Shown here: positions 51,942 through 64,000 of the stretch, piece after piece
How positions within the stretch are numbered: the first letter of the stretch is position 1
Layout: the number at the start of each line of letters is the position of its first letter
Assembly: GCF_037893015.1 (NCBI RefSeq)
Contig: NC_133661.1
Span: 187,194,809-187,258,808, forward strand
Origin: Macrotis lagotis
Taxonomy: Eukaryota
DNA length: 64,000 bases
Reading direction: 5' to 3'
Notes under the pieces: generated by a model
What the model saw: only the letters and a program-made list of their open reading frames with translations
What the model was told of the DNA's origin: nothing
Databases searched by the model: none
Position numbers and translations under genes: made by a program

Positions 51942-52105
51942 GGGTGGCTAGGTGGCATAGTGGATAAAGCACCGGCCCTGGAGTCAGGAGTACCTGGATT
52001 CAAATCCATTGTCAGATACTTAATAATTACCTAGCTGTGTGGCCTTGGGCAAGCCACTTAACCCTGTTTGCCTTACAAAACAAAAAAACCTAAAAAATAA
52101 AAGGT
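51942..52105 (+). mobile_element. tRNA-derived poly-A SINE.
   Basis: Flanks aaaaggcaaataaac and aaaaggtagataaac. Confidence 0.8.
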
Positions 52106-53444
52106 AGATAAACTGAAGGGCACTCCAAGGTGCTCAGACAACTAAGGGTCTTAAGTGAAAATGTGAGATCAATTTATAAACATGAGTGGCCCCTAGACTA
52201 CCAGTCCTACTTTCCACAGCCATTATCCATTTCTATCCATAGGAAAACAAATATCTATGGGACAGGTAAGTCAATCTAATTAAAGTAGTAAGATCTCCCA
52301 AGGAAAAGACAGGCTTTGATATGTGTCGGACAAATCAGGTCACCACTACCACCTTCCCTCAGACTCCAAAGAAGATAACCACTGGCCTAAACCCAAGAGC
52401 CATAGGAATAGTTGTACTCCAGATCATTGTTTCTATCACAGGCTCCACAGCCATCATGGAAAGGAGCAATTGTTGTTAAATTCCTTATCATTGTTACCAA
52501 CACAAATTGCTGACCAACCTCCACTGATAGGCAGATAAACCTAAGAGTCCCAGTAGAGGCAGCACACACTATACCCTGGTTTTGCTTCTAGCCCAGCCCC
52601 TAAAGTCATCATCCTGGGGATTCTCTGCAGATGCAACTTGGCAGCTACTTTTACAGCTACTACAACCTGGCCTCAGCACCCACAAGAATTAAAGGTGTCA
52701 AGAAGAAAGTTCTCACCTTCAAAGCTCTTGGCATTGTAAAATAATTAAACATCAGAAACAAAGATGATTTTATCAGTAGAAATGACAATAAAAATGCATT
52801 GCCATCTGCTTTGCTGCTGCACCCCAAGGACAATGGGACCTTTCCACCTGACTTGAAGCTGAACATCCGAAATATGAAGTCTCCTCCTTTATAATGTGAG
52901 TTCCTTGAGAACAAGGACTGTTTTGCTTTTTCTTTTAGTAACAATGCTTTAAACATAGCAAAAGCTTAATAAAATGTCTTTTAATTCATTCATATTCAAA
53001 CAAACATTAGGCCAAACCTGGTGCTGTTGAACTAATCCTGTATCTAGGCAGATGATATATAGGACCTGGCAATGCAGACCAGGCAAGCTAGAAGCAGGAA
53101 TGGTAATGATGTTTCCATGGAGGAGATCCTGGGGATCAAGAATGTTCTCCAATTCTTCCTGGACCTGGGTAGACATCTCCTCGACCCAACTGCTATTGTG
53201 GGACCCCAGAATCCAAGGGAAAACCACCACATCAGTCTGTGGACAGAAGAAAAGCCCAGGAAGAAAAAATAATGAAAATAATTCATAAAAATTAAGATAA
53301 ACATCCTCTTTAAAAGAAAATTTCCATAAGTTAATAAAATTCTAAATCATTTTCCCTCAGTCTTGAGGTTACCAGAGACTTCCATTCCTCTTTCCCTTAG
53401 CCTAAATGGGCATGCTTTGTATTATAAGAAATCCTCATAGAGGG

Positions 53445-53594
53445 GCGGCTAGGTGGTGCAGTGGATAAAGCACTGGCCCTGGAGTCAGGAGTACCTGGAT
53501 TCAAATCCGATCTCAGACACTTAATAATTACCTAGCTGTGTGGCCTTGGGGAAGGCACTTAAGCCTGTTTGCCTTGCAAAAACCTAAAAAAAAT
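53445..53594 (+). mobile_element. tRNA-derived poly-A SINE.
   Basis: TSD aaatcctcatag. Confidence 0.85.
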
Positions 53595-53894
53595 CCTCAT
53601 AGAAAGTCTATAGTATTCTTTTGTCACCTGTTACATATCTCATAGTCTTTGCTGACTAGATATTATTTCTAGTGTCTACTTTGTTTTGTTCTATTCTCAA
53701 AGGAGATCGTACATACTCTGAATCCCATACGGTATTTAAGAACTGTTAGATTTCTCTTTATCCATGGTTCTTTTAGCTTTTCCCAGATCCCCATTACCCC
53801 CACTCATCATCCCTATGGATCAGTCATGGACTCTTTCCAAGGCTGCATTTGGAATATTGACCTAAGGGAAACCAGACACAATAATGACTACTTG

Positions 53895-54049
53895 GGGCAG
53901 CTACGGTGGTGCAGTGGATAGAGCACCAGCCCTGGAGTCAAGAGTACCTGAGTTCAAATCCAGCCTCAGACATTTAATAATTACCTAGCTGTGTGGCCTT
54001 GGGCAAGCCACTTAGCCCCATTTGCCTTGCAAAAACCTATATAAAAAAA
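53895..54049 (+). mobile_element. tRNA-derived poly-A SINE inserted 13 nt into the intron after the donor of the 5' large exon.
   Basis: TSD aatgactactt at 53883-53893 and 54050-54060. Donor gtaagtag preserved. Confidence 0.85.
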
Positions 54050-54062
54050 AATGACTACTTAC

Positions 54063-55172
54063 TTTCTGAGTAATGATGTTTCCAACCACCACCTGCGTTG
54101 TTACAGCTTCCCAGGAGCTCATGATGTAGGGAAGGAGGACATGATGATCCTTTCTCTGGGACCACCACCTGCAACATTCCACCTCACATTCAGCTATAAA
54201 GTCATTATCATTTCCTGCTAGAGTAAGATTCCTTAGGCGGCTCCCTTTGGACTGCAGGCTCTTAAAGTCCTTGACTCCTACAATGATCCCTTTTGCTAGG
54301 GCTGCTGGACCAGTGGAATGAATCACCAATGAAGCACTTTTCTCCTGGGTTGCAACTTGAAGGGCCAAAGTGATAGCACTGGCAATCAGTTCCTGGTTTT
54401 CATTCATAGCAGCTACATCCCTTCTGGAGCTATGCCCAGTCCAAGAGGATGACAGCATCACTTGTAGGAGCACCTGGGGAATACCTCGCTCATTCAGGAT
54501 ATGCTGCCTCTGCACTTTTACCCTGGGAACTGTTTTGACCTCATTTTGTCTGTCCAGTGGCCTACAGGTAAGACTCATGGTAACTGAGGTTCGGAATGTA
54601 GAAGCTTCTCCTTTCCAGAGAGAGAGACTAAGGCCATCTCCTACCTGGAAGAAACCACTCATCCATCTTTGCTCTTGAATCAGGCCAGACCATGGGTTCA
54701 TTTTCACAGTGGAACAAAGAAGGATCATCAGTTTACTGATGGCAATCTTGGCATTAGAGACCACTTCATGGGGACCAAAGAAGGAAATGATTGCTGAGTT
54801 CTGGTTTAGTTGCCAACCAATTTTCACCTTCCAGAGAGACAAATCCAATGTTCCCTGTAGGACCTTCCATAAATGGAGCTCCTCAGGGGTCACAAAGAGA
54901 GTTTCATTTGTTCTTGGAGATCTCTGAAGGTAATCTAGCACCAACCAGTTTTTACTCTTCCTACTACATGCTGAGGAGTCTCTTGCTGGTCTCCCTGAGA
55001 CTCTTATGGAAGGATCACAAGAGGGTTTGATTATTTCCAAGTTGAATCTAGACTTCTTTAGATCTTTATCATCTGAGACACTTTCGTAACAGGTTCTTAG
55101 ATGAGGACCATTGTAGGTCACAGATCCTGACATGTTTGAACCAACCTTCTTACTTCTACCTCCAAAATTCAA
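54063..55172 (-). CDS. PARP14-like: PARP14-like gene, 5' large coding exon (N-terminal region). In-frame ATG at 55131-55133 (MSGSVTYNG...) is a possible start. Exon ends ...VVGNIITQK with donor GTAAGT at 54062.
   Basis: 1.1 kb open frame on the minus strand ending at a consensus donor (cagaaa|gtaagtag). KNWLVLDYLQRSPRTNETLFVTPEELHLWKVL aligns with the human PARP14 N-terminus ([24 protein letters not shown]...FFYPEDVRQKVL). FIAECEVECCRWWSQ aligns with EINDEMRRCHCELTWSQ. Human sequence is recalled from memory. The 5' boundary and true start are unresolved. Confidence 0.6.
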
Positions 55173-55786
55173 AAACCATCTATCAGAATCTCCAACTTGG
55201 CTGGAAAAATTCAGAAAAGAACATCATGTAAGACAAATAATCACAGCTTGGTACTGATAATAGCAGTGTGATTAGTATCACTATCCTCAGGTGAACTTAC
55301 CAGTTTGCATTCTGAAAAGAACCTGGCTGGGCCAGGGTAAAATTTGATTTCTGTGTTTCCTTGCTTCTTTCTCTCTCTTGCTCTCTTCCTGTGTGTCTGT
55401 GTTGTAACCTATCAGTTAAGGAGGTGGAATTAGGGCTGGAGGAATAAAAGGGGAAAAAGGGGGGGGGGATTAGTTTAAAAAAAGAAAAGGAGTCCCAGAA
55501 GTAAAGCATATACAGCCATATAATCTCTTTCTTGAAATAGGTCTGTGGTTTGGGGGTTCAGTGGTTTTCAGTACACTCAGAGCTTAAGCTGTAAATATAA
55601 ATGAAAAAGCAAAACCTCAAGTCTATCACACAAATTCTATAATACTTTTATTAAAAAATAAATATCAAGAAAAACCCATAGCACACACTCACCAAGTAAA
55701 AGTGATACTCCCTCTGTCTTTTCTCCTTTAATAGAGACACTTTTTCACAGTCAACAATCCCAAAAGCCTCACAAAAAGACTAGAAA

Positions 55787-55804
55787 ACTTTCAGTTTCGT
55801 TTCT
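55787..55804. promoter_or_regulatory. ISRE-like motif (actttcagtttcgtttct; GAAACGAAACTGAAAG on the gene strand) about 0.6 kb upstream of the 5' exon of the PARP14-like gene.
   Basis: Tandem TTTC-NN-TTTC core as in ISG54/ISG15 ISREs. Its position upstream of an interferon-stimulated gene family member fits. The TSS was not determined. Confidence 0.25.
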
Positions 55805-57901
55805 TTAAAAACTTACTCAATGACTTTACTCTAGAAGGTGGGGCTTAAGAAGTAGATATAAATATATATGTGAACTTATCAAACTTCAATATTTTCAAGA
55901 TGAAAATGAGAATAAGGACAGGTGAGGAGAAAACAGTAGAGAAAATTTGAGAGCTTTAAAGTGAAGATTGAGCTCCTTTCCAAAAATTTTATTCCAACAA
56001 CAAAAGTTTCTCAAAACTGAAACTGAATTACTTTCTATCCTCTCCCTCCCTCCTCCCAGGCAACTCAAGTAGCAATTGTCTAACTGCAGCTGTTTATCCA
56101 GAGAGCAAGATAAAACTAAGGGAAAATCTAGAAAGCAATGAAAAGAATAATAGAATTTATGGGGAGCTTGTTAAAGGACTTGGGGGCTTATTCAATCTGC
56201 AAAAGAGGAAATGGGAAAAACTGAATAACGATTTTCAAAATACTGACAGGTTCTACTCTCAGAGAAGATAGAAACTAGCTGTTGTCTTTTCACTGTCCAC
56301 CAGATAAGACAATGAGTTTCGATGCAGTTGGACTGAAGCAAAATATCAAATTTATCTGGCAATCCCCTACCCAGAGGTGTCCTTAAGAGCATTAAGATGA
56401 CAGTGTGTAGTAAAGTAGAAAGATCACAAGTTCCAGATTTGGAGCTTTGCCTTTGATAACTATCATCTGGGTAGATTGGCAAGTGATTTAAGTAATCTTT
56501 TTGAGCCTGTTTTTCTTTGTTTTTTAATCTATACAATAAGGGAGTTGGACTAGGGTCTCTGAGAGTCCTTCCAGGTCTAAATCTATGATCCTAAGGACAG
56601 AGAAGTTGATCAAGCACATTTATTATGCGCCTCCTTTGTTTGACTCTTAGTGTAAAGGAAAAAAAGCAAAAGACACTCCCTGCTGCTCACAGGGAGATAA
56701 CATGCAAAAGCTATATCCCAAAGAGCTAAAAAAAGAATAAATTGGAAATAATCCACAAAGGGAAGGACTAGCAATAGGGAGGACTAGGAAAGTCTTCCTG
56801 TAAAAGGTAAGATTTTTTAAGAGGTATAAATGACTAGGGACAGTACTTGAAGTTCTCTAGGGACCTCCAGTACAAATGGCCAGAGTCTGGAAATGGAGGG
56901 TCTTGGTTGGGGGGGTGGGGAGTGTTTATAAGATGTAAGAAAACTGAAAAAAAGAGGGGAGTAGGTTATGAAGGGCTCTGAATGCCAAATGGAGGATTTT
57001 ATATTTGATCCTGGAGGAGAGAGTGAGCTACTGCAGTTTATTGAGTAGGGAAGTGACAAAGTTAGACTTACACTTTTAAGAAAGGGAGGGAAGGGAACAA
57101 ATATTCAAGTGCCCTCTTTGAACAAATATTTATTGTGTAAGTTTTTTCTAAGAGCATTCTGTTGATCATTTCTTATAATGGAATAGCATTTCATTTTAAT
57201 TTTCAAAGAACACTACCAATCCTGGGAAGTCATATGTTGCTTCAGGCCAGAGGTAAAATATGACCCAATAATTCTCCAGACATGTGCCATGGTCATACAA
57301 ATATTGTCTCATTTAATCATGCGGGTATTGGGAATAGAAGGAAAAGGGACACATGATAAAGAACAATAAGGGATAATAGAATATGGAGTGAGCAAAGTCT
57401 CAGTGAAAAGGGTAAATAAATATTTTAGAGAAAGGGGAAACACTGAGAAAGGGAATAAAATATAATGTCGGTTGGGAGCTTGGACAGACATAAAGGAATT
57501 TCAAACAAAGACTCTTTAATATAAATTAGTAGTCAATCTAATCTTCATCTCACCTATTATCCTGTCTATATGAAGGGGAGAAAAGCAGCAGAGTCTGGGG
57601 GAGATCTGGATTCAAATGTCATCTCATCTGCTCACATCCTACATGATCTCCAGCAAGACTCTGGTGTCCTTTTTGCTTAATGTTTTTGGGTCTCAATTTC
57701 TTCTATTGTAAAAGGAGTTGAAGCTAGAATACTTCTAAAGCCTTTTCTAGCTTGACTTCTATGATTTTGTGAATTTTTTTTGTATTTTATTTTTCTCTCG
57801 TTGCATGCAAAAATGTTTTTGCATTCACTTTTAAAACGTTAGGTTCCAAATTCTCTCCCTCTTTCCCACTCTGGTCCCCCTCATTAAGAAAGCAAGTTAT
57901 C

Positions 57902-58062
57902 GGGGCGGCTAGTTGGTGTAGTGGATAAAGCACCAGCCCTGGAGTCAGGAGTACCTGGGTTCAAATCCGATCTCAGACACTTAATAATTCCCTAGCTGTG
58001 TGGCCTTAGGCAAGCCACTTAAGCCCGTTTGCCTTACAAAATAACCTAAAAAAAAAAAAAAC
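57902..58062 (+). mobile_element. tRNA-derived poly-A SINE.
   Basis: Family consensus. A flank-like repeat gaaa(g/t)caagttatc recurs about 45 bp beyond the poly-A (58110). Confidence 0.75.
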
Positions 58063-59039
58063 CACTTTCCTTTTCTGCAAAAAAATTAAGTAAATTTAAA
58101 AAAAAAGAAATCAAGTTATCTGATATAGATTAAAAATATGTACTCATGAAAACCATTACAATAGTCATGTTGTAAAAGTAAACATAATCCCCCCACCACC
58201 AAAAAATAAAGTTAAAAAAAAAAGTATACTTCAATCTGTATTCAGACACCATCAACCTGTCTTTGGGATGGATAGTATTCTTTATTATAAGTCTTTCAGA
58301 GTCCTCTTGGGTCACCACATTGTTGAGAAAAGGTAAGTCATTAACAGCTGATCATACTACAACATTGCTATTTCTTTGTATATAATACATTTCCCACTGT
58401 ATCTGCTCATGCAAGTTTTTTTACTGAGAGCATTCTGTTCATTTCTTAGAATAGCATTTCATTTTAATCCTTGTGGATAATTTTCAAAGAGCACTACCAA
58501 CCCTGGAAAGTCCTATGTGCTTTAGGCAAGAGGTAACACATTACCCAATAACCATGTAGGGGGCATTCCTGAGACCACCCAGTTCCAGATTTTCCTTTAC
58601 CCTTCTCATTTGCCTTTCTTCCTGGAGTGTTTTCCTTTGCTTTGTCTTGACTAGAGGAATTCTCTGAACATTCCTTCTTTTAGAGTTTAAGAGAAACAAG
58701 GCTTAATTTGGAGAGCATAGTGACTATTTTTTTTTATTTTTTTATAGTGACTATTTTTAAAAATTGTAAAAAAAATCAATTATTCATTCTTTCTTTAAAA
58801 AAGTCATCCATACTCATTGTTTTCAATTTTCAATCATCCACTCACTTTTCAGCCCCTTGTAATCTAGCCCCAACCGCTTATTCTCCTGAAATTTCTCTCT
58901 TTAAAGTTACTAATGACTTCAACTACTAAATCCAAAGTCTCATTTTCCTTTTCCACTTGAACTATCTTCTGATTTTGATACTGTAAATCACTTCATCCTT
59001 AGAGAGATTCTTTTCTCCCTTGGACTCCTTACCACTATT

Positions 59040-59260
59040 TTCAGCAGTTAGATAGTAAAGTGGATAGTGCATTTGATTTGAAATCAGGAAAATCTGAGTT
59101 CAGTTTCTGTTCAGATACTTAACTAGCACACCACCCTCAGCAAGTCAATTAACCTTAGATTTCTCAGCTGTAAAATGGGGATGATAATAGAATTTACCTC
59201 TAAGGGTTATTATGAGGATAAAAGGAGATATTCATAAAGCACTTTATAAAAGCTAGCTAT
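59040..59260. repeat. MIR-type SINE.
   Basis: ctgagttcagtttctg...ttctcagctgtaaaatgggg...agggttattatgagg...aaagcactttataaa. Confidence 0.65.
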
Positions 59261-60756
59261 TATTATTGTCCTCCTGCCTATTAAATTCTTCCACATTCTC
59301 TTTTGCTAGTTTATCATCCATTTCCTACCTTCTAAGATTGGGTGCTTCCTAAGGTTTTATGGGAGCCTTTTTTCTCTCTACAACCCCTCCTTTGATGATC
59401 TCATCTCTTTCCTTAGTTCATATGTCATCTTTATACATGTAAAAAACTTTAAAAAGTCTACACAAGTTTTTCATAATCTACAGATGACTTCCAAATCAAA
59501 TGAGGGCCCTTATTTTACAGATATGGAACTGATTTATACTGCACTCTACCAATGACACTCCTCTGCTCAAAAATCTTTAGTGACTCCCTATTATCTCTGG
59601 TTTAAAATAAAAATTATTCATCCTGGACTTTAAAATTCTCTACAGTTTAACTCCCCATTATTATTAGTCCCCTTAATATATTCTCTATTTCAGGCAAACT
59701 GGTCTACTTAAACTGTTCCTTGGACTTAGCATTCTATCTCCCTTCTTGTCTTTGTATAAACTTTTCTCCCTCCTTCCTCACCCACCATTCCTGGAATGCC
59801 TTCTACCCTTATCTCTTAAGCTTGGAATTCTTTTCCTTCAAGTCTCAGCTCAAGTGCCATCTCTTAAGGGAAGCCTCACCTGACCCCAGCTGTCAGTGCT
59901 CTCAATATCAAACAATATAAAATGATTATGGGATGGACAAAGAGGAGCAATGGGGATGATTACACTGAAAAGAGATGAAAACATATACATATGTATACAT
60001 GTATACACATATATTTTACATATATATCTTATATATAATAAATAATATATTAAGCAATGATAATATCTATGGATTGGAAGAGGTAGAAATAGTAAGGATA
60101 AAAGAAAAGAAAGGCTACAACTGAAGGATAGATGGGGAGGGAAGGGGAAAAGAAGGGAGCTAGTAGTGCTTTTTCTCCACTAACCTGTTAAGAATGGGTA
60201 GACTAAATCACAAAACCTGGCAACTAAACTCCCTGCAAATTCATGCTATTTAAGCTCACAAAACCCTCACTGTTACTCTACAAGTCTTCCTATTATTATG
60301 ATAGCTAGGCTACAGCTCATGAAGAGAAATCTTTTAAATGTTTTTTGAAAACCTTATTTCTCAATATTGTTTGAATCAACCTTAATGTTGCTAGAAATTG
60401 ACTGACCTTAGAGATATTCCCAAAGACACTGGATGACTGCAAGGAATGCTTGGAACTCACCCAGGTCTTGGGGTCCATTTGAATGCTTGTTTTTTTGGGT
60501 TCCCCAAATTTGAATGTCTTTGCTTACATCCTACACAATAGATACATGCGGTCCATGTGCTGATATTCTTCTCTGAAACCGTATATAATATAAACTTCAA
60601 AGATACTGACCCTGAGCTAGTCACTTTAGCTCAATTTCTTCAATTGTAAAAGGAGTAAAATGTAAAATGGCATCTACTAAAGTTGTTTAGGGGATATAAT
60701 AAAATAATATCTATAAAAGAGGAGTACACTAAATCCTGAGGAAAACAGATTTTAGG

Positions 60757-60915
60757 GACAGCCAGGTGGCACAGTTCATGGCCTAGAATGAGGAATTCTT
60801 ACTTTCCTAAATTCAAATCTGGCCTCAGACACTTAGTAGCTGAGTGACCAAATCACGTACTAACTTTGTGACCCCAGGCAAGTCACTGAACCTGCTACCT
60901 CAATCCTTTGGACAA
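60757..60915 (+). mobile_element. Diverged SINE of the same superfamily with an internal insertion.
   Basis: gggacagccaggtggcacagt...ttcaaatctggcctcagacactta...caagtcactgaacc. Confidence 0.5.
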
Positions 60916-63900
60916 GGAAATGATAAATCACAAGTGCCTTTGCCAAGAAAATCACATGGACATTGTTGGCAAACTCTATTAGAGGCCAGGCACTGTGCTA
61001 AGCAATTTACTATTATTATCTGATTGGGTCCACCCAACATCCAAGGGCCATCTCCAGTTATCCTTATCCATATCTGGTCACTGCACCCAGATGATTCTGG
61101 AGGAGAAAGGCAGGCTGTTGACTTAGCACAGCATCCCCCTCACTCAAAGTCAGTTTACTTGCTTGTCATGTCATCACCTCCCTGAGGACATGGTCTTCTT
61201 TGAGAACAATGGACAACAACAACAGTCCTGGGAAGGATGTGCCATCCCCATTTTACAATTGAGAAAACTGAGATGTTGGGAGCCAGGGTCTCTTTAGCTG
61301 CTTGACACAGTCTCAGCAAGAAGACTCAAGGTGGTCACACCTCCTGATGGAACAGCATTTCCTTCTTCAATATATAGATATATGGATTCCATGCATACCA
61401 ATATTTATAGGTCTATTATTGATTGCAATACTTACTCATCCTAATAGTGGAATGACTATAAAGGAAGGATTCCAGAGAAATTTCCTGAATAAAACCCATT
61501 GTAAACTCTGTCCAAATTTAACAGGACTGCCTCTCTCTGAGGCATAAAAAATGCTTCAACATTATGAAATCTCTGGAAAAACCCAACATTGGGAATTCCA
61601 AGGAGATGTCAGAATATATACAGGGAAAACAGATACAAGATGGGTTAGATAGAATTCCAGGGAAATTAACAGTTTTACCCCCCTTACCATACACAGGAAT
61701 ATATGAAAAAGATGGTGAAAGAATATTTAGTATTGGTGACCGATAAGTGAACTCTAACAGCCTTAGTTTCATAGGAAAAAATAAAAAAGTGACAGTAAAC
61801 CATGGTTTCTACCAACAAGGGCTGAAAGGAAAATTGGTTATTGTAAGAGTTAACAGATGGGTGGACAAACATAACCACCCTCGCTATAGATTGTTAAGGG
61901 AGCATATCAAAAAACATATATACAGAAATATAAAAAACATTCCATTAACTGAATTGATTAATTAATAACTTTAAATGAATTAATAATTTTACAATTCAGC
62001 AACAAACTAGATAGCAGACAGGTTGAGGTCATCATGGCCTGAGCAGGGATGAAAATGAACTACATGATCAAACTTGTAACCACTACATGATCAAACTTGT
62101 AACCATATGAATTATATGATTGATAATGAAAATTGTACACTTTTGTAACCAAGGAAATGATCTTAGCTTGCTTGCTTGATGGATACATGATTCTGAGACT
62201 ATAAAAATAAATCTGAGTAGCAGACCGTCAACCTGCTCCTGCCTTTAATCCCTATGTTGACTCAACTCATTTCACTGACTCTATCCCTCCTGTCAGGTTC
62301 CAAGGACCCCACAGAGGCTGGACCCCTGCACTGAGGCAAATATTATGAGTAATAACCTGTGTGATCCTGTTAGGATCAAACCACTAGGAAGTATTTGAAG
62401 TCACATTTAAGCCCATTTTCCTGATTTCAGGTGTATCACTTTATCTACTGCACCACCCAACTGCCCCTGAATTTAGAGCTGGAGGGCATGGAGTCCACCT
62501 GTACTTAAATAAGAATCTAGATTACAACTCCAACAAGCAGTCATCTGGACTTGACTTAAAGTTCTCTAGTAAAATGGCCAATCTCACTGTGGGATTACTC
62601 TAATTATTAAGAAGCATTTTCAGGATGGAAATATTTTGCTTTATTGTGCTCATATAACATAGGAGTCCTTTCTTTTTGTTGGGTGAGAGAAAGTAGGAGT
62701 GGTAGGAAATGAATGTATATTATTTTTTAGTTGTTTTCCATTGTGTCCAACTCTTTGTGACCCCCAGTTTGGGTTTTCTTGGCAACCAGAGTCATATTGC
62801 TAATAAGTGTCTGAAGTCAAATTTGAACCTAGGACTTCCTCCAGGTCTGGTGTTCTAACCTCTATACTACCCAACTCTAAGTCATTTGTCCTCCCTATCT
62901 TAAGACCCCAGCTCAATCCTTAGTTGTTATACCTTCTTAGCTGAGCATTTCCTCATTATTGTGGGTCAGATTCATATGGCAAATCCACCCACATCCAATA
63001 TTCTGACATGATTGCCATACTTGAACACCAAGATTTAAAGTTTTTTACAAAATTGTCTGTTGCATCTTTTGGACCCCAGGCAGATCATCAGGATCTTCAA
63101 ATGGTAGGCAGTTGTGATAGTGGAAGTTGAGTTGGAGGTGAGACCAGACTTCTTTTAATACTTTCAGTATCAGAGCCTTTTCATGAAAAGCATCCACACT
63201 TAACCTATCACTCTGATGGGTCTCAGTTTGTATTGAGAATGGCAAAGAACACAAGGTAGAAGTCTAATTTTCCGTCTATCTGTAGCTAGCTGAACTATGG
63301 GATAAACTGGAAACCAAATGTCCCAAAGAATTTGGGGTTGGCTAGATCTAGTGGCTGTGGGAGTAAGCTTGATTAATTAAAGAGCATGGTAGACTACATA
63401 GAGTCTTGGATTTGTAGTAAAAAAAACACAGGTATTTCAGTCTCACTTATACACTTAACTAGTTACATGATTTAGACAAATTATTTAACCTCTTAGTTTC
63501 TGTTTTTCTCATCTGAAAAATGAGTGGTTTGGACTTAATGGCTTCTAAGTTCCTTTCCAATTCTAATTGTATGATCCTGTGACAATCAATCACCTTTATT
63601 CACAAGGGGGTAAGTCAAAGGCAGTTCTTTGACTTTCAAGTTGAACCAGGGTTTTGTACTTTTACATAATTTTGAGACTACTCTCCATAAATATATACTG
63701 CCCCCAAAGTAAAGGTAGAGAAGAAAAGAAGCCAGAAGCAGAAATTAGAGAAGTGTGGGCATAATACTAAGTTTCAGAATCCTTGCTGTAGATGTGGATA
63801 ATATAAGTTTAAATCTTCCCAAAGTTCTTGTCAATTTTCTGTTCCAAGGTCTATGGTTGTACTTGGCACTTCCAATAGGAAAGGACTGGCAATGATACAA

Positions 63901-64000
63901 GGGGGAGTCAGTAATGGAGTCTATTCTGGGGAAAAATGGAATTTTGTCCTTCAACAAAAATTATCCTTTTTATTTATTTATTTATTTAATTTTTTAATTT

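Noticed and set aside
1-64000. Prokaryotic defence or accessory system, operons, Shine-Dalgarno-based gene calls
   Set aside because: The sequence is clearly mammalian (marsupial) nuclear DNA. It has spliced exons with GT-AG introns, SINE/LINE/ERV content, poly-A-tailed retroposons with TSDs and microsatellites. The novel-system framing does not apply. The biologically interesting unit is the interferon-pathway PARP14-like gene and its repeat landscape.

Overview
This window is eukaryotic (marsupial nuclear DNA), not prokaryotic. The diagnostic is roughly 30 copies of a ~150 bp tRNA-derived, poly-A-tailed SINE (gggcagctaggtgg...ttgccttgcaaaaaa), most with intact target-site duplications. MIR/THER-type SINEs, L1 fragments and a deleted ERV add to the repeat load. 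Coding content is sparse, as in a mammalian gene.

The main feature is an apparently complete PARP14-like macro-PARP gene on the minus strand, about 28.6-55.2 kb. It is a homologue of the interferon-inducible antiviral mono-ADP-ribosyltransferase. Four 3' exons (WWE exon, two catalytic exons, terminal exon) have boundaries fixed by reading splice sites. Two large 5' exons of 1.1 and 1.4 kb are also placed. Only two small macro-domain candidate exons were found, so the macro-domain block between 37.1 and 45.4 kb is largely unresolved.

The introns carry two ~3.2 kb half-L1 (HAL1-like, ORF1-only) composite elements in the same orientation. One of these and a later SINE inserted at the identical target site about 15 nt from an exon splice donor.

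Outside the gene there is a heavily deleted betaretrovirus-like ERV with both LTRs, a Lys-type PBS, a PPT and an integrase remnant (19.7-22.4 kb). There is also an isolated WD40-repeat coding exon (minus, ~13.0-13.15 kb) and an L1 3' fragment (~7 kb).

No prokaryotic-style system, CRISPR array or RNA gene is present. The tRNA-like sequences are SINE heads. The ORF track uses alternative start codons (TTG is shown as M), so its ORF starts are not real start codons.
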